DNA of 64,000 nucleotides from an uncultured Verrucomicrobiota bacterium (GTDB lineage Bacteria; Auribacterota; JABMQX01): NCBI GenBank assembly GCA_964482435.1, contig CAYZXL010000006.1, positions 64,661 to 128,660 of the forward strand, read 5' to 3'. Shown piece by piece: positions 8,354 to 17,696 of this stretch (position 1 is its first letter; each line of letters starts with the position of its first letter). The notes under the pieces were generated by a model. It saw only the letters and a program-made list of their open reading frames with translations, ran no database searches and was not told where the DNA came from. The position numbers and the translations under genes were made by a program.

Positions 8354-9190
8354 TCACAGCCCGGCGAGGACACGGTCGAGGGCGAATTTGGCTTTCTGAG
8401 CGGCGGCGGCCAGTCCGAGTTTCTGAAGTTCCTTGTCGAAGACCTCGACGGAGAGGAAGCCGTCGTAGCCCTTGTTCTTGAGGGCGCGCAACATGCCCTT
8501 CAAATCAATGATTCCTTCGCCCGGGAGAACCCTCTCCAAATCTATCTGCTGGTCGAGGGGCTTGTTAGGGGCGTCATTGATGTGGACGTAAACAATCATT
8601 TCTTGAGGCAACGCTTCGATCTGGGAAATCGTCCCGCCCGTCGTGAACCAGTGGAAGCTGTCGAAAAGAAGCCCGACGTTTGGCTGATTGATCGCGGCAA
8701 TCAATTCCAGGTCCCCGTCGAGAGTGTGAATGAAGTCGTGCTTTCGAGTGCGGGCTGTAGCTGGACCAACCCACTCGATGGCGAAGCAAATTCCGACATG
8801 GCCGAGAATCTTTGCACACTCCCTCAGCCGCCGGACAACCCGGCAGGTGAATTCCGCTGCCGGCTGGTCCGTCGAGGGGGGCAGCCATGTGACGCATCGC
8901 GCGCAGCCGACTTCTCTGGCGATTGCAGAAAGACGCGGCAAATCTTTTAGCCCTTCCATGAACTTCGCCTCGTCCCTGCGAAACTCCACCGGCAGCCCGA
9001 AAGCCGCCAGCTTGACGCCCGCCCCGGCGAGCAATTTCCTGACGCCCTCAAGGGATTTCTTTTCAACCTCCTCCGCGACGGAGACGATGTTGTAGTCAAC
9101 GCCGCCGAAGCCGAGTTTTCCGGCGACGGCCGCGAACTCCTCTAAGCTTTTGCTCCCTCCCGTCGTAGCGGGATTCAAACACGGAATCAT
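8354..9190 (-). CDS. sugar phosphate isomerase/epimerase (xylose-isomerase-like TIM barrel family)
   Basis: The protein is 278 aa. The motifs …IEWVGP…HINDAP…LPGEGIIDL… are typical of the AP-endonuclease-2 / xylose-isomerase-like fold. It is the last gene of the sugar ABC operon. Confidence 0.75.
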   Translation of the reverse strand: MIPCLNPATTGGSKSLEEFAAVAGKLGFGGVDYNIVSVAEEVEKKSLEGVRKLLAGAGVKLAAFGLPVEFRRDEAKFMEGLKDLPRLSAIAREVGCARCVTWLPPSTDQPAAEFTCRVVRRLRECAKILGHVGICFAIEWVGPATARTRKHDFIHTLDGDLELIAAINQPNVGLLFDSFHWFTTGGTISQIEALPQEMIVYVHINDAPNKPLDQQIDLERVLPGEGIIDLKGMLRALKNKGYDGFLSVEVFDKELQKLGLAAAAQKAKFALDRVLAGL

Positions 9191-9245
9191 TGCTGGTTTC
9201 CTTTCTTTTGTGTTTCCCGAAAGACGACTGCCTGGACGAGGAGAC

Positions 9246-10226
9246 TCACAATCCGCCTCCTTCGATTTTTCGCCTTCTGAATTGGTCGAACGCGACAGCG
9301 AGGACGATCAAGGCGCCAATGACGATTTTCTGGACGTAATCGGAGATGCGCAGAAGGGTGCACCCGTTCAAGAGAAGCGCCATCAGGAGCGCACCTGCAA
9401 TTGTTCCGGAGACCGTTCCCTCGCCCCCCATGAGGCTTCCGCCGCCAATGACCACTGCGGCGATGACCTTCAGCTCGTACCCCTCCCCAGCCGTCGGCTG
9501 GCCGCTGACGAGGGACGAGAATTCGACCATCCCCGCCAGCCCCGTGAGAAAACCACAAACGGCGTAAATCATGACGATATATGCCCCGACGTTTATCCCG
9601 GAATGCCGGGCAGCTTCGACGTTGCTCCCGATGGCATAGGAATATCTTCCCAGGCGAGTGTATCGAAGAGCGAGACTCGCAATAATGGCGACGACAAGGA
9701 TGAGAACCAGGGGAATGGGGATGACCCCGAACACATTCCCGTTCCTCAGATTCCCAAACGAGCGAGGAATGCCCTCGTCAACCGGCAATCCCTTCGTTAT
9801 CACGAGCACAAGCCCGCGAAAAGCCTGCATCGTCCCCAGGGTCGCAATGAACGGCGAGATTTTCAGACGAGAAATCACGAAACCGTTGAGCAGTCCGAGC
9901 ACTAATCCCGCAAGGGAACCCACAACCACTGCCACAACAATCGGAACGCCGATGCTCATCAGCAACGTCCCGCAGATGCCCCCAAGCGCCATCATCGAGC
10001 CGATTGACAGGTCAATCCCGCCGGAGGCAATCACGAAGGTCATGCCTACCGCCATAATGATAATCTGGGAGTGCTGGCGAATGATGTTCGATATGTTTTG
10101 CCACGTCCGAAAGTACGGCGACCAGATTGCCAGGACACCTCCGATGACAACCACGCTGACAAATGGCAGGAGCTTCTCGTAGGAGGTTTTGAGGATTTCG
10201 GTTCTCTCGGACGTTCTCATTACCAT
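9246..10226 (-). CDS. sugar ABC transporter permease (RbsC/branched-chain family)
   Basis: The protein is 326 aa and polytopic. It resembles ribose/xylose-type permeases (…GGIDLSIGSMMALGGI…). Confidence 0.85.
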   Translation of the reverse strand: MVMRTSERTEILKTSYEKLLPFVSVVVIGGVLAIWSPYFRTWQNISNIIRQHSQIIIMAVGMTFVIASGGIDLSIGSMMALGGICGTLLMSIGVPIVVAVVVGSLAGLVLGLLNGFVISRLKISPFIATLGTMQAFRGLVLVITKGLPVDEGIPRSFGNLRNGNVFGVIPIPLVLILVVAIIASLALRYTRLGRYSYAIGSNVEAARHSGINVGAYIVMIYAVCGFLTGLAGMVEFSSLVSGQPTAGEGYELKVIAAVVIGGGSLMGGEGTVSGTIAGALLMALLLNGCTLLRISDYVQKIVIGALIVLAVAFDQFRRRKIEGGGL

Positions 10227-10244
10227 TCACCACTGCTGCGGGAT

Positions 10245-11753
10245 TCAGGCTGCCTGCTCGGCGCCAAGCGCTGCAAGACGAAGAATTTCCTCCTGATTTG
10301 TCTGCCGAGGGTCGAGCTCGCCGACAATCCGCCCCCGGCGCATGACGAGGATGCGGTCGCTCATTCCGAGGATTTCGGGGAGTTCCGACGAAATCATCAA
10401 AATCGCCGCTCCCATTCGGGTCAGTTCGACGAAGAGCTCGAACACATCTCTCTTTGCAGCGATGTCTATCCCCCTGGTCGGTTCGTCGAAAACGATGACC
10501 TTTGACTGAGCAAAAAGCCACTTGGCGATGGCAACCTTTTGCTGATTGCCGCCGCTCAGCCGCAAGACTTTTTGGCGAATCGAGGGCGTCACAACTCTCA
10601 AACGGGTAACGTATTGCCGCGCGACTTCTTTCTCACGGCGAAGGTCAATCTTTCCGAAGGAAACAAGTTTCTTCAAATTGGAAAGACTAATATTGGACGA
10701 GACGTCAAGCCCCAGAGCAAGTCCGGTAACCTTCCTGTCTTCTGTCAGATAGCCCATGCCCGCGGCGATCGCCCTCGCCGGAGAAACCTGATGGATTTCC
10801 TTCCCCAGGACGAAGATTTTCCCCAAATCTATCCTGTCGAGGCCGAAGATCGCTCTTGCCAGCTCGGTCCGGCCAGCCCCGACGAGACCGGCCACTCCGA
10901 GGATTTCACCGGCCTGGAGCCTGAACGAGATGTCGTGCAGAACGCCCGCCCGCGAAAGGTGCTCGACCCGCACAATCTCCTCTCCAATCCTACCTTCTTT
11001 CTTCGGGAACATCGCCGAGAGCTCTCGCCCGACCATGTGCCGAATAATCTCCGACATCGGCATGGATGCGAAGGGGGCGGTGATAATTTTCTCTCCGTCG
11101 CGGAGGATGGTGATGCGGTCAGCCACCTCGTGCAACTCCTCGAGACGATGGGAGATATATATAACGCTCACCCCCTTCGCCCTCAAACGATGAATGACCC
11201 GGAAAAACTCTTCCGCTTCTTTCGCCGAGAGGCAGGACGTCGGCTCGTCCATGATGATGACCTCGCTTTCAGCGGCTAAGGCCCTGGCAATCTCGACGAG
11301 CTGTCGCTGCGCGATCCGGAGACGAAGCACAGTCGCAGAGGGATCAAGGTCGAAGTGGTTTTCATCCAGAAGCTGCTTCCCCTGTCGAAACAGGGACCGG
11401 CGGTCAATGACCCCGAGCTTCTTCTGGCGGAGCGGCTCGCGTCCGAGGTAGAGATTCTCAGCGACGGTCAGGTGCTGGGCGAGGGTCAGCTCCTGGTGAA
11501 CCATGGCGATGCCGAGGCGGAGAGAGGCGGTCGGCGAACTGACCTCAACGGGCTTTCCTTTCCAGACGATTTGCCCCGAATCGGCTGCGTGAATGCCCGC
11601 GAGTATTTTCATGAGGGTGGATTTCCCCGCCCCGTTCTCGCCGACGACAGCGTGCACTTCCCCTTTCATCAGGTCGAAGTCAACGTCCCGGAGGACGCGG
11701 ACCCCCGAGAACAACTTGTTGATTCCGAGCATCTGAAGAATCGGCTGGCTCAT
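10245..11753 (-). CDS. sugar ABC transporter ATP-binding protein with duplicated ATPase domains (RbsA-like)
   Basis: The protein is 502 aa and has two nucleotide-binding domains (GENGAGKSTLMKILAG…LSGGNQQKVAIAKWL…). There is a 4-bp overlap with the upstream binding-protein gene. Confidence 0.9.
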   Translation of the reverse strand: MSQPILQMLGINKLFSGVRVLRDVDFDLMKGEVHAVVGENGAGKSTLMKILAGIHAADSGQIVWKGKPVEVSSPTASLRLGIAMVHQELTLAQHLTVAENLYLGREPLRQKKLGVIDRRSLFRQGKQLLDENHFDLDPSATVLRLRIAQRQLVEIARALAAESEVIIMDEPTSCLSAKEAEEFFRVIHRLRAKGVSVIYISHRLEELHEVADRITILRDGEKIITAPFASMPMSEIIRHMVGRELSAMFPKKEGRIGEEIVRVEHLSRAGVLHDISFRLQAGEILGVAGLVGAGRTELARAIFGLDRIDLGKIFVLGKEIHQVSPARAIAAGMGYLTEDRKVTGLALGLDVSSNISLSNLKKLVSFGKIDLRREKEVARQYVTRLRVVTPSIRQKVLRLSGGNQQKVAIAKWLFAQSKVIVFDEPTRGIDIAAKRDVFELFVELTRMGAAILMISSELPEILGMSDRILVMRRGRIVGELDPRQTNQEEILRLAALGAEQAA

Positions 11754-12766
11754 CTGCGCTCGAGTATTTCCGCCATCCTCTCGGCGGCCATGACCCCACC
11801 CTGGTAGTTGTCAGTTGCGACGAAGGAGACGTATTGCCCAGTATCCGCACCAGAGTCGAAGATTGTCAGGGGAATTCCTTCTTTCGCCGCCCGCTCAATG
11901 TAAGGAACAAGGGCTTTCCGGTCCGTTGGCGCGAGAACAATCCCGTCAACTTTCTGGGTGATGAAGTCCTCGACAATCCGAACCTGCTCGGCGTAATCGG
12001 TCTCCGTCGTGGGCGCTTTCCAGAGCACCCTCGCGCCGAGGTCCAGCCCGGCGGCGATGGCCCCCGCGTGCACGGTCTGCCAGAAGATGTGCACCTGGCT
12101 CTTGGGGATGACCGCGATAACCTTCTTTCCCTCGCCGGAAGTGACTTCGCCCTCTCTCTGGAGGTATTTTTTGATGTCGGGATTGAGAAGCGACTGTATC
12201 TCCGGGGTGGCGATGTTGTCTCGCGTAATCAGCGTGGCTTTGGTGGCGATGTTTTTTGGAGGAGCTTTGCCGCTCAGTTTGTCAACGACGGTCTTCACGC
12301 CCTGGTAGCCTATGTTGAAAGGGTCCTGGACAACGAGCGAATCAATCGTCCTGTCCTTGACTCCTGCCTCGAGGCTGGGCGAGGAATCAAACCCGATGAG
12401 TTTGACTTTCCCGGCAAGTCCGCGCGCTCTGACCGCCTCGAGGGCGCCCACGGTGCTCGATTCGTTGGAGGCGAAAATGCCGTTGAGGTCCGGATTGGCG
12501 GTCAGAAGGTCCTCGGAGACGGCCAGCGACTTCGCCCGGTCGGACATGCCGTATCTGGAGTCCACCACGACCATCCTTGCGGAATACTTGTTCTTGACGG
12601 TGTTCATGAAGCCGTTTTCGCGCGCAGTCGTTGAAGCACTCCCCGGAACGACTTTAATCACCACAAGCTTCGCCTTTCCTTCCGCACCTTCTTTCTTGCG
12701 GCACCCGACCGTCGGCAGGACAAGCACGGCGAGAACGATGGCAATGAGAAAGCGCTTCATAAGCAA
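11750..12766 (-). CDS. periplasmic sugar-binding lipoprotein (Peripla_BP type I, RbsB-like); the halves are in circularly permuted order
   Basis: It has a lipoprotein signal, MKRFLIAIVLAVLVLPTVGC. Residues ~35-200 align with the C-terminal half of RbsB (…IGFDSSPSLEAGVKDRTIDSLVVQDPFNIGYQGVKTVVDKLSGK…). Residues ~215-338 align with the N-terminal half (KKVIAVIPKSQVHIFW…DGIVLAPTD…IPLTIFDSGA…ATDNYQGGVMAAERMAEIL). Confidence 0.85.
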   Translation of the reverse strand: MLMKRFLIAIVLAVLVLPTVGCRKKEGAEGKAKLVVIKVVPGSASTTARENGFMNTVKNKYSARMVVVDSRYGMSDRAKSLAVSEDLLTANPDLNGIFASNESSTVGALEAVRARGLAGKVKLIGFDSSPSLEAGVKDRTIDSLVVQDPFNIGYQGVKTVVDKLSGKAPPKNIATKATLITRDNIATPEIQSLLNPDIKKYLQREGEVTSGEGKKVIAVIPKSQVHIFWQTVHAGAIAAGLDLGARVLWKAPTTETDYAEQVRIVEDFITQKVDGIVLAPTDRKALVPYIERAAKEGIPLTIFDSGADTGQYVSFVATDNYQGGVMAAERMAEILERR

Positions 12767-12918
12767 AACCCCCTTCTATTTGTTTGCGAACGAACGGGTG
12801 TCTCCTCTATTATTCTCGGCTGGACGGCGGGAAGTTTAGCAGACAAGAAGGCCGTTTTCATTTCTTTTTTGGGCGAGGCTGCGAAAAAGGAGATGCAGGC
12901 AGGGAGAAAGTTCTCGAG

Positions 12919-13989
12919 ATGAAAGAGAAATCTTACAAGGCTGCCATCCTTGTTGCGCCAGAGCAAATCCGCCTGGAGTCTCGCCCTGCGCCCGAACTCT
13001 CGAGAGGCGAAGTCGCGGTCCGAGTCGCGTATGCAGGCGTCTGCGGAACAGACATCGCCATCTGCTCCGGGGGATATGTCGTGCCGCTGCCCGTTGTCCT
13101 CGGACACGAATTCACGGGGCATGTGTCCGACGTGGGAGAGGATGCTCCGCCGGACCTTATCGGGAAATTGGTGACCGCGGAGATCAACAATACATGTTTG
13201 AGCTATGACCGCGCTGAAAAATGCCCGGCTTGTCGTCGGGGATTCCCCAATCACTGCACACAAAGGACGGTCCTGGGAATTGTCCGGTGCGACGGGGCTT
13301 TTGCAGAGATCCTCCGCCTTCCCTTCCGCAACGTCCACGTTCTGCCTGACACCATTTCGCCCCGGGAAGGGATTTTTGTAGAACCGCTGGCTGCTGCCAT
13401 GCAGACGTTTGAGCTTTCGCCCGTCGGAGAAGGAGAGGTGGTAGTCGTGCTCGGAGTCGGAAGGCTCGGCATGCTCCTGTGCGCAGTCGCAAAAGAGAGA
13501 GACGCGAGGGTCGTGGCCGTGGACCCGAATGAGGACGCGCTCGAAAGAGCAAGGAACTTCGGAGCCGATCACGCCCTTCTCGGAAGTGCGGAGGAGGCGG
13601 CGCCGGAGGTCAAGCGGCTGACCCAGGGCCTCGGCGCCGACATGGTGATTGATGCGACGGGCAACCCGGAGGGACTCAACGACGCTCTGAGATTGGTCCG
13701 CCCTCGCGGAACAGTTGCTCTCAAGACGACGTGCGGTCTGCCATCTTCTCCGCTTGACGCGACGCCAATCGTCGTGGACGAGATTCGGATTCAGGGCTCC
13801 CGCTGCGGTCCTTTCGCAAAAGCGATTGAGATGATTAGCAACAAGCGAATCAACGTCGCGTCCCTCATCTCAAGCGTATTCCCCTTGGATGGCCTGAAGG
13901 AGGCGATAGAAGCCGCAAGACGAGAGACGAAAATCCTGGTCGCAACTTCCCACGCCGCGCCAGTCGCCGTGAAAGCCTTGGCCTCCTGA
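12919..13989 (+). CDS. zinc-dependent alcohol/polyol dehydrogenase (MDR family; sorbitol- or threonine-dehydrogenase-like)
   Basis: The sequence MKEKSYKAAIL…GVCGTDIAICSGGYVVPLPVVLGHEFTGHV…CPACRRGFPNHC has the catalytic-Zn and structural-Zn Cys motifs. There is a Rossmann motif, VVVLGVGRLG. The start is the ATG at 12919 with an upstream AGGGAG. The gene is divergent from the sugar ABC operon. Confidence 0.85.
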   Translation: MKEKSYKAAILVAPEQIRLESRPAPELSRGEVAVRVAYAGVCGTDIAICSGGYVVPLPVVLGHEFTGHVSDVGEDAPPDLIGKLVTAEINNTCLSYDRAEKCPACRRGFPNHCTQRTVLGIVRCDGAFAEILRLPFRNVHVLPDTISPREGIFVEPLAAAMQTFELSPVGEGEVVVVLGVGRLGMLLCAVAKERDARVVAVDPNEDALERARNFGADHALLGSAEEAAPEVKRLTQGLGADMVIDATGNPEGLNDALRLVRPRGTVALKTTCGLPSSPLDATPIVVDEIRIQGSRCGPFAKAIEMISNKRINVASLISSVFPLDGLKEAIEAARRETKILVATSHAAPVAVKALAS

Positions 13990-14014
13990 CGCAAGGCATC
14001 CTGCGCAAAAGCGG

Positions 14015-15124
14015 TCAGCGCCCCTCGGCGGAAATCCGGCTGCGGCCCTCGGCGGACGACTCAATCCAGGCGCCGCCGAGGACAGTCTCGCTCTGGTAGA
14101 AAACGGCCGCCTGCCCGGGGGCGATGGCGCGCTCCGGCTTCTCGAAGACGACGCGAACCCGGCCGCCGTCGAGAGGAGTCACGAGGGCTTTCGTGCCGGG
14201 ATGGTTGTATCGGACTTTGACGTCCGCCTGAATCGGCTCTTCGGGTGCGCTGCCCGAAACCCAAACGGCCTCTTTCGCCACAAGCTCGCTCTTGAACAAT
14301 TCCTCATCCGTTCCGGCGACGATGCTGTTGTCTTCGGCGTCTATGGAAAGGACATAGAGCGGCTTGTCGCTGGCAATCCCCATTCCTCGACGCTGGCCGA
14401 TAGTATAAAGAGCGATGCTTCCGTGCCGGCCAATCTCGTTCCCCTTCGTGTCGTAGATTGGACCCGGGCGAAGCTTCTCGGGAATCGATTTCGTCAAGAA
14501 CGACTCATATCGGTTCTCGGCGACGAAACACACTTCCTGGCTCTCGGGCTTTCCGTGAACCTTCAGGCCGAGCTCGCCCGCCAGCCGCCGCACCTCCTCC
14601 TTTGTCATCTCGCCGAGAGGAAAGATAATCTTACCGAGCATCTCCTGCGTCAGCATGTAGAGAAAGTACGACTGATCCTTCGTCCCGTCCGCGCCTTTGC
14701 GGAGGAGAAAAGACCCGTCCTCTCTTTTCTCAATGCGCGCGTAATGGCCCGTCGCGACGTAGTCCACGTCGAGGATTTTCGCCAGACGCAAAAGCTCCGG
14801 AAACTTCAGCTCGCGGTTGCAGACGATGCAGGGGTTGGGTGTTCGACCGGAGACGTACTCGTCGCAAAAATAATCAATCACCGCCTGACGGAACTTCTGC
14901 CGACGATTGACCGCGTAGAAGCGTACGTCGAGTTGATGGCAGACCGACCTGGCGTCCTCGACGGCCTGCGCACCGCAGCAAGCATCGGCTCGTTGGGCGT
15001 CGAACTCTCGAGGGAGAAGCACAAGAGTAACGCCGAGGACTTCGTATCCCTGCTTCTTGAGGAGGGCAGCCGCGACGCTGCTGTCCACCCCTCCGCTCAT
15101 TCCAACGATGACTTTCTTGCTCAT
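14015..15124 (-). CDS. mnmA: tRNA-specific 2-thiouridylase MnmA
   Basis: The N-terminus MSKKVIVGMSGGVDSSVAAALLKKQGYEVLGV contains a PP-loop. The protein is 369 aa. The Cys pair of the MnmA family is conserved. Confidence 0.9.
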   Translation of the reverse strand: MSKKVIVGMSGGVDSSVAAALLKKQGYEVLGVTLVLLPREFDAQRADACCGAQAVEDARSVCHQLDVRFYAVNRRQKFRQAVIDYFCDEYVSGRTPNPCIVCNRELKFPELLRLAKILDVDYVATGHYARIEKREDGSFLLRKGADGTKDQSYFLYMLTQEMLGKIIFPLGEMTKEEVRRLAGELGLKVHGKPESQEVCFVAENRYESFLTKSIPEKLRPGPIYDTKGNEIGRHGSIALYTIGQRRGMGIASDKPLYVLSIDAEDNSIVAGTDEELFKSELVAKEAVWVSGSAPEEPIQADVKVRYNHPGTKALVTPLDGGRVRVVFEKPERAIAPGQAAVFYQSETVLGGAWIESSAEGRSRISAEGR

Positions 15125-15181
15125 ACTGGGATAACCGCAGAGGTTGCTGAGAACGCAGAAGAAAAGGGACCTCGCCGAGCC

Positions 15182-17032
15182 TCACGGTGACTCCGGATAA
15201 GCATATCCCATGTCCACGCCGTTTTGCCCGGCGCCGCGGCAGGGGGAAGCGTCCTGAAGCCTGTAGTTGTTCTCGTCGGGGGCGACGAAAAGCGGGTCGT
15301 CGTTGATGTTCCCCTCGCCGGGGAAAAGAGGATCTCCCTGGAGGTCGCAGAAAGTTATGCTGATGTCCTCGATTGGATAGTCCGTCTGAACGGCTCGGTC
15401 GTGGTCCCAGAGGATGCAGTTGGTAACGTAGTATTTGATAACGGCGTCCGGGTCGTTGTATTTGTTCCTCGATTGGACGCTGACGCGGTTTCGGACAATG
15501 GTGACCCTGTCCGCGTAAACGTCCGTTCCGTCTCCTTTGGCAGAAATGCCGTAGTCGTTGTCGAAGATCAGACAGTTCTTGATGTGCGGCGCTCCGTAGA
15601 AGACGCTGATGCCCTTGTCGAGGAAGCCGTGAATGATGCAGTTCTCGATGACGGGCGTTGAGCTGAGGGTATCTATCCCGTCGTCGCCACCGATGGCAAA
15701 AACGGTGTTCGTGACGGACATGTTCCCCTGGCCGTGAAGGTAGAGCGGGTCGTTATCGGCGACATCGCCGCCCATGGGCATCTCGATGAAGAAGCATCTG
15801 TCTATCGAAATGTCGGTGTCAACGACCTCCATCCCCATTTCTGAACGCGCAAGGAGACAGTGCGTAAACCTCAAATTCCCGTTTGTGCTGTAGAGGCCCT
15901 TTCCGTAATTGTCCATGAAATTGGAGTAATCGAACTCGATCTCCGCGTGATTCACGCGCACAACCGGTCCTTTTGCGGTGTGCCCGGCGCCGGGCGAATC
16001 GCCGCCCCGGATGAAGAACGTGCCGCGGTAGATGGATTTAGCGGTGGTATCCGAATGCGAAATCTCTCCCCAGGGAGCATCAGGATTCGCCGCCGCAAAA
16101 AGGACCGGGTGCTCGACGGTGCCGAGGCACTCGACGGTTCCGTAAACGAAAATGGATTTCTTCGGGTCGAGGAGAATGATTGTGTCGGGATAGATTCGCA
16201 GCATAAGGCCGGCGGGAACGGTTACGTGTCCCGTCACGTGAACAATGCCGTCCGCTGGCTTCCATACGGTTAGCGGCTTGGTAAGCTGACCGCTCACTAC
16301 CACCTGGGCCGACGAAGACCCGAGGCTCAGAATTACCTTTTCGGCCGTGCTGTCCTGGAAGGTCGCGGCAATCACTGCCTCGCCTTCTCCCTGAACCGTC
16401 AAAAGACCGCTTGCCACGCCGTTGTGAACGGGCAGCGTTTGCGGCGAGAGGGAGACGCCGCTGGTGGTGGACAACGCGACCTGTCCGTCCCACACCTCCA
16501 AATCCACGGAGCCATCGGGTCGGAGGATCTCGATGCGTATCGCGCTGGGCAAGCCCGAGATGGCGCAGGCAGGCATCATGGTGCGCAGACGGGGAAATTC
16601 CTGGAGTTCCTCGGAGCTTGTTATGAACAGTCCCTTCCGGGAAACCCGCGGGATGGAGAAGTACTGCGTCTCCACGTCCGGCGTGTAGGTGCTATCCGTA
16701 GCCTCCCATTGCCCCTCGCCATTGAGTACCAGCAACGAGGTCTTCTGAAAACCCGGACAGAGCCACCTGACCATCAGGTCATCCTCGACCCGCACGACGG
16801 CGATGGCTTCGTCCGAAGCGGAAGTGTCCGGCCTGCCAGCCCAGAGACCTTGTGGCAATGCCACGCTCAGGAACAAGACCACCCACGAAATCGCTGCCGC
16901 CGGCCAGAGAAGACACCTTTCTGTACGCCGGTGTGCTTGTGACATCGGATGCCGATTTGAGGCTCTGTGCGTCAGCGCGACAGGCTGCATGTTGAAACCT
17001 CTCGAATCAAATCCTCGAAAAAAGAGCGACAT
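15182..17032 (-). CDS. secreted right-handed parallel beta-helix (pectate-lyase-fold) protein
   Basis: The signal anchor is MSQAHRRTERCLLWPAAAISWVVLFLSVALP. The true start may be an internal Met at about 16948 or 16993. Beta-helix repeats are present. The C-terminal cap GEGNINDDPLFVAPDENNYRLQDASPCRGAGQNGVDMGYAYP is shared with the other beta-helix proteins in the window. Confidence 0.6.
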   Translation of the reverse strand: MSLFFRGFDSRGFNMQPVALTHRASNRHPMSQAHRRTERCLLWPAAAISWVVLFLSVALPQGLWAGRPDTSASDEAIAVVRVEDDLMVRWLCPGFQKTSLLVLNGEGQWEATDSTYTPDVETQYFSIPRVSRKGLFITSSEELQEFPRLRTMMPACAISGLPSAIRIEILRPDGSVDLEVWDGQVALSTTSGVSLSPQTLPVHNGVASGLLTVQGEGEAVIAATFQDSTAEKVILSLGSSSAQVVVSGQLTKPLTVWKPADGIVHVTGHVTVPAGLMLRIYPDTIILLDPKKSIFVYGTVECLGTVEHPVLFAAANPDAPWGEISHSDTTAKSIYRGTFFIRGGDSPGAGHTAKGPVVRVNHAEIEFDYSNFMDNYGKGLYSTNGNLRFTHCLLARSEMGMEVVDTDISIDRCFFIEMPMGGDVADNDPLYLHGQGNMSVTNTVFAIGGDDGIDTLSSTPVIENCIIHGFLDKGISVFYGAPHIKNCLIFDNDYGISAKGDGTDVYADRVTIVRNRVSVQSRNKYNDPDAVIKYYVTNCILWDHDRAVQTDYPIEDISITFCDLQGDPLFPGEGNINDDPLFVAPDENNYRLQDASPCRGAGQNGVDMGYAYPESP

Positions 17033-17696
17033 TTTCGTGTCTCCAAATGCCTTTTGCGAGGCCCGTGTTATTATTATACCCTATCCTCGCTCCGAAAGCC
17101 ATCCCCAAAAGACGCTGACGTGGAAAGCCTCAGTCGTGTGCGGCAGAGCTTTTGCGGGATCGCAGGGTCGGGCCGCCCACGGCTGAAATACGCAACCCCA
17201 GAGCACGCGGAGGCCGCAGAGGGAAGTCTCCGTTGCCCTTTCCATTCTCTGCGTCCTCTGTGTCCTCTGCTGCGAAAATAAGCGCTACGCGGTCACCATT
17301 TGGACGAGAACTCTTTCTCCCGCCGAAGGCGGGAAGGACGCAAAGAAGCAAGCCCCATGAATTCGTGGCGTCTTAGCGTCTTGGCGAGAAAAAAGACGGT
17401 TGATAGAAAGATTTTCATCGTCTTCGGGTGAACGAAGTTCATGAGAAACTGCGGTTCGTTCCCGCCGGGACTCACGGGTCACGATGCAGGGCAGAAACGG
17501 CTTGACTTCGGGTTCGCCACGTGTGAAAAAGACACGGCGTCGAGAATCACCGACAGGTCGTTTCCACCACGACGTACTGCCGAAACCCGCCGATTAGCGG
17601 CCGGGTGATTCGGTTGACGGGAAGAAACGACGGCTGGTGGGTCATACCGCCAGCCGGTCATGTTCGACGCGAAGTTGCGGAACTCAGGAGGAGGAT

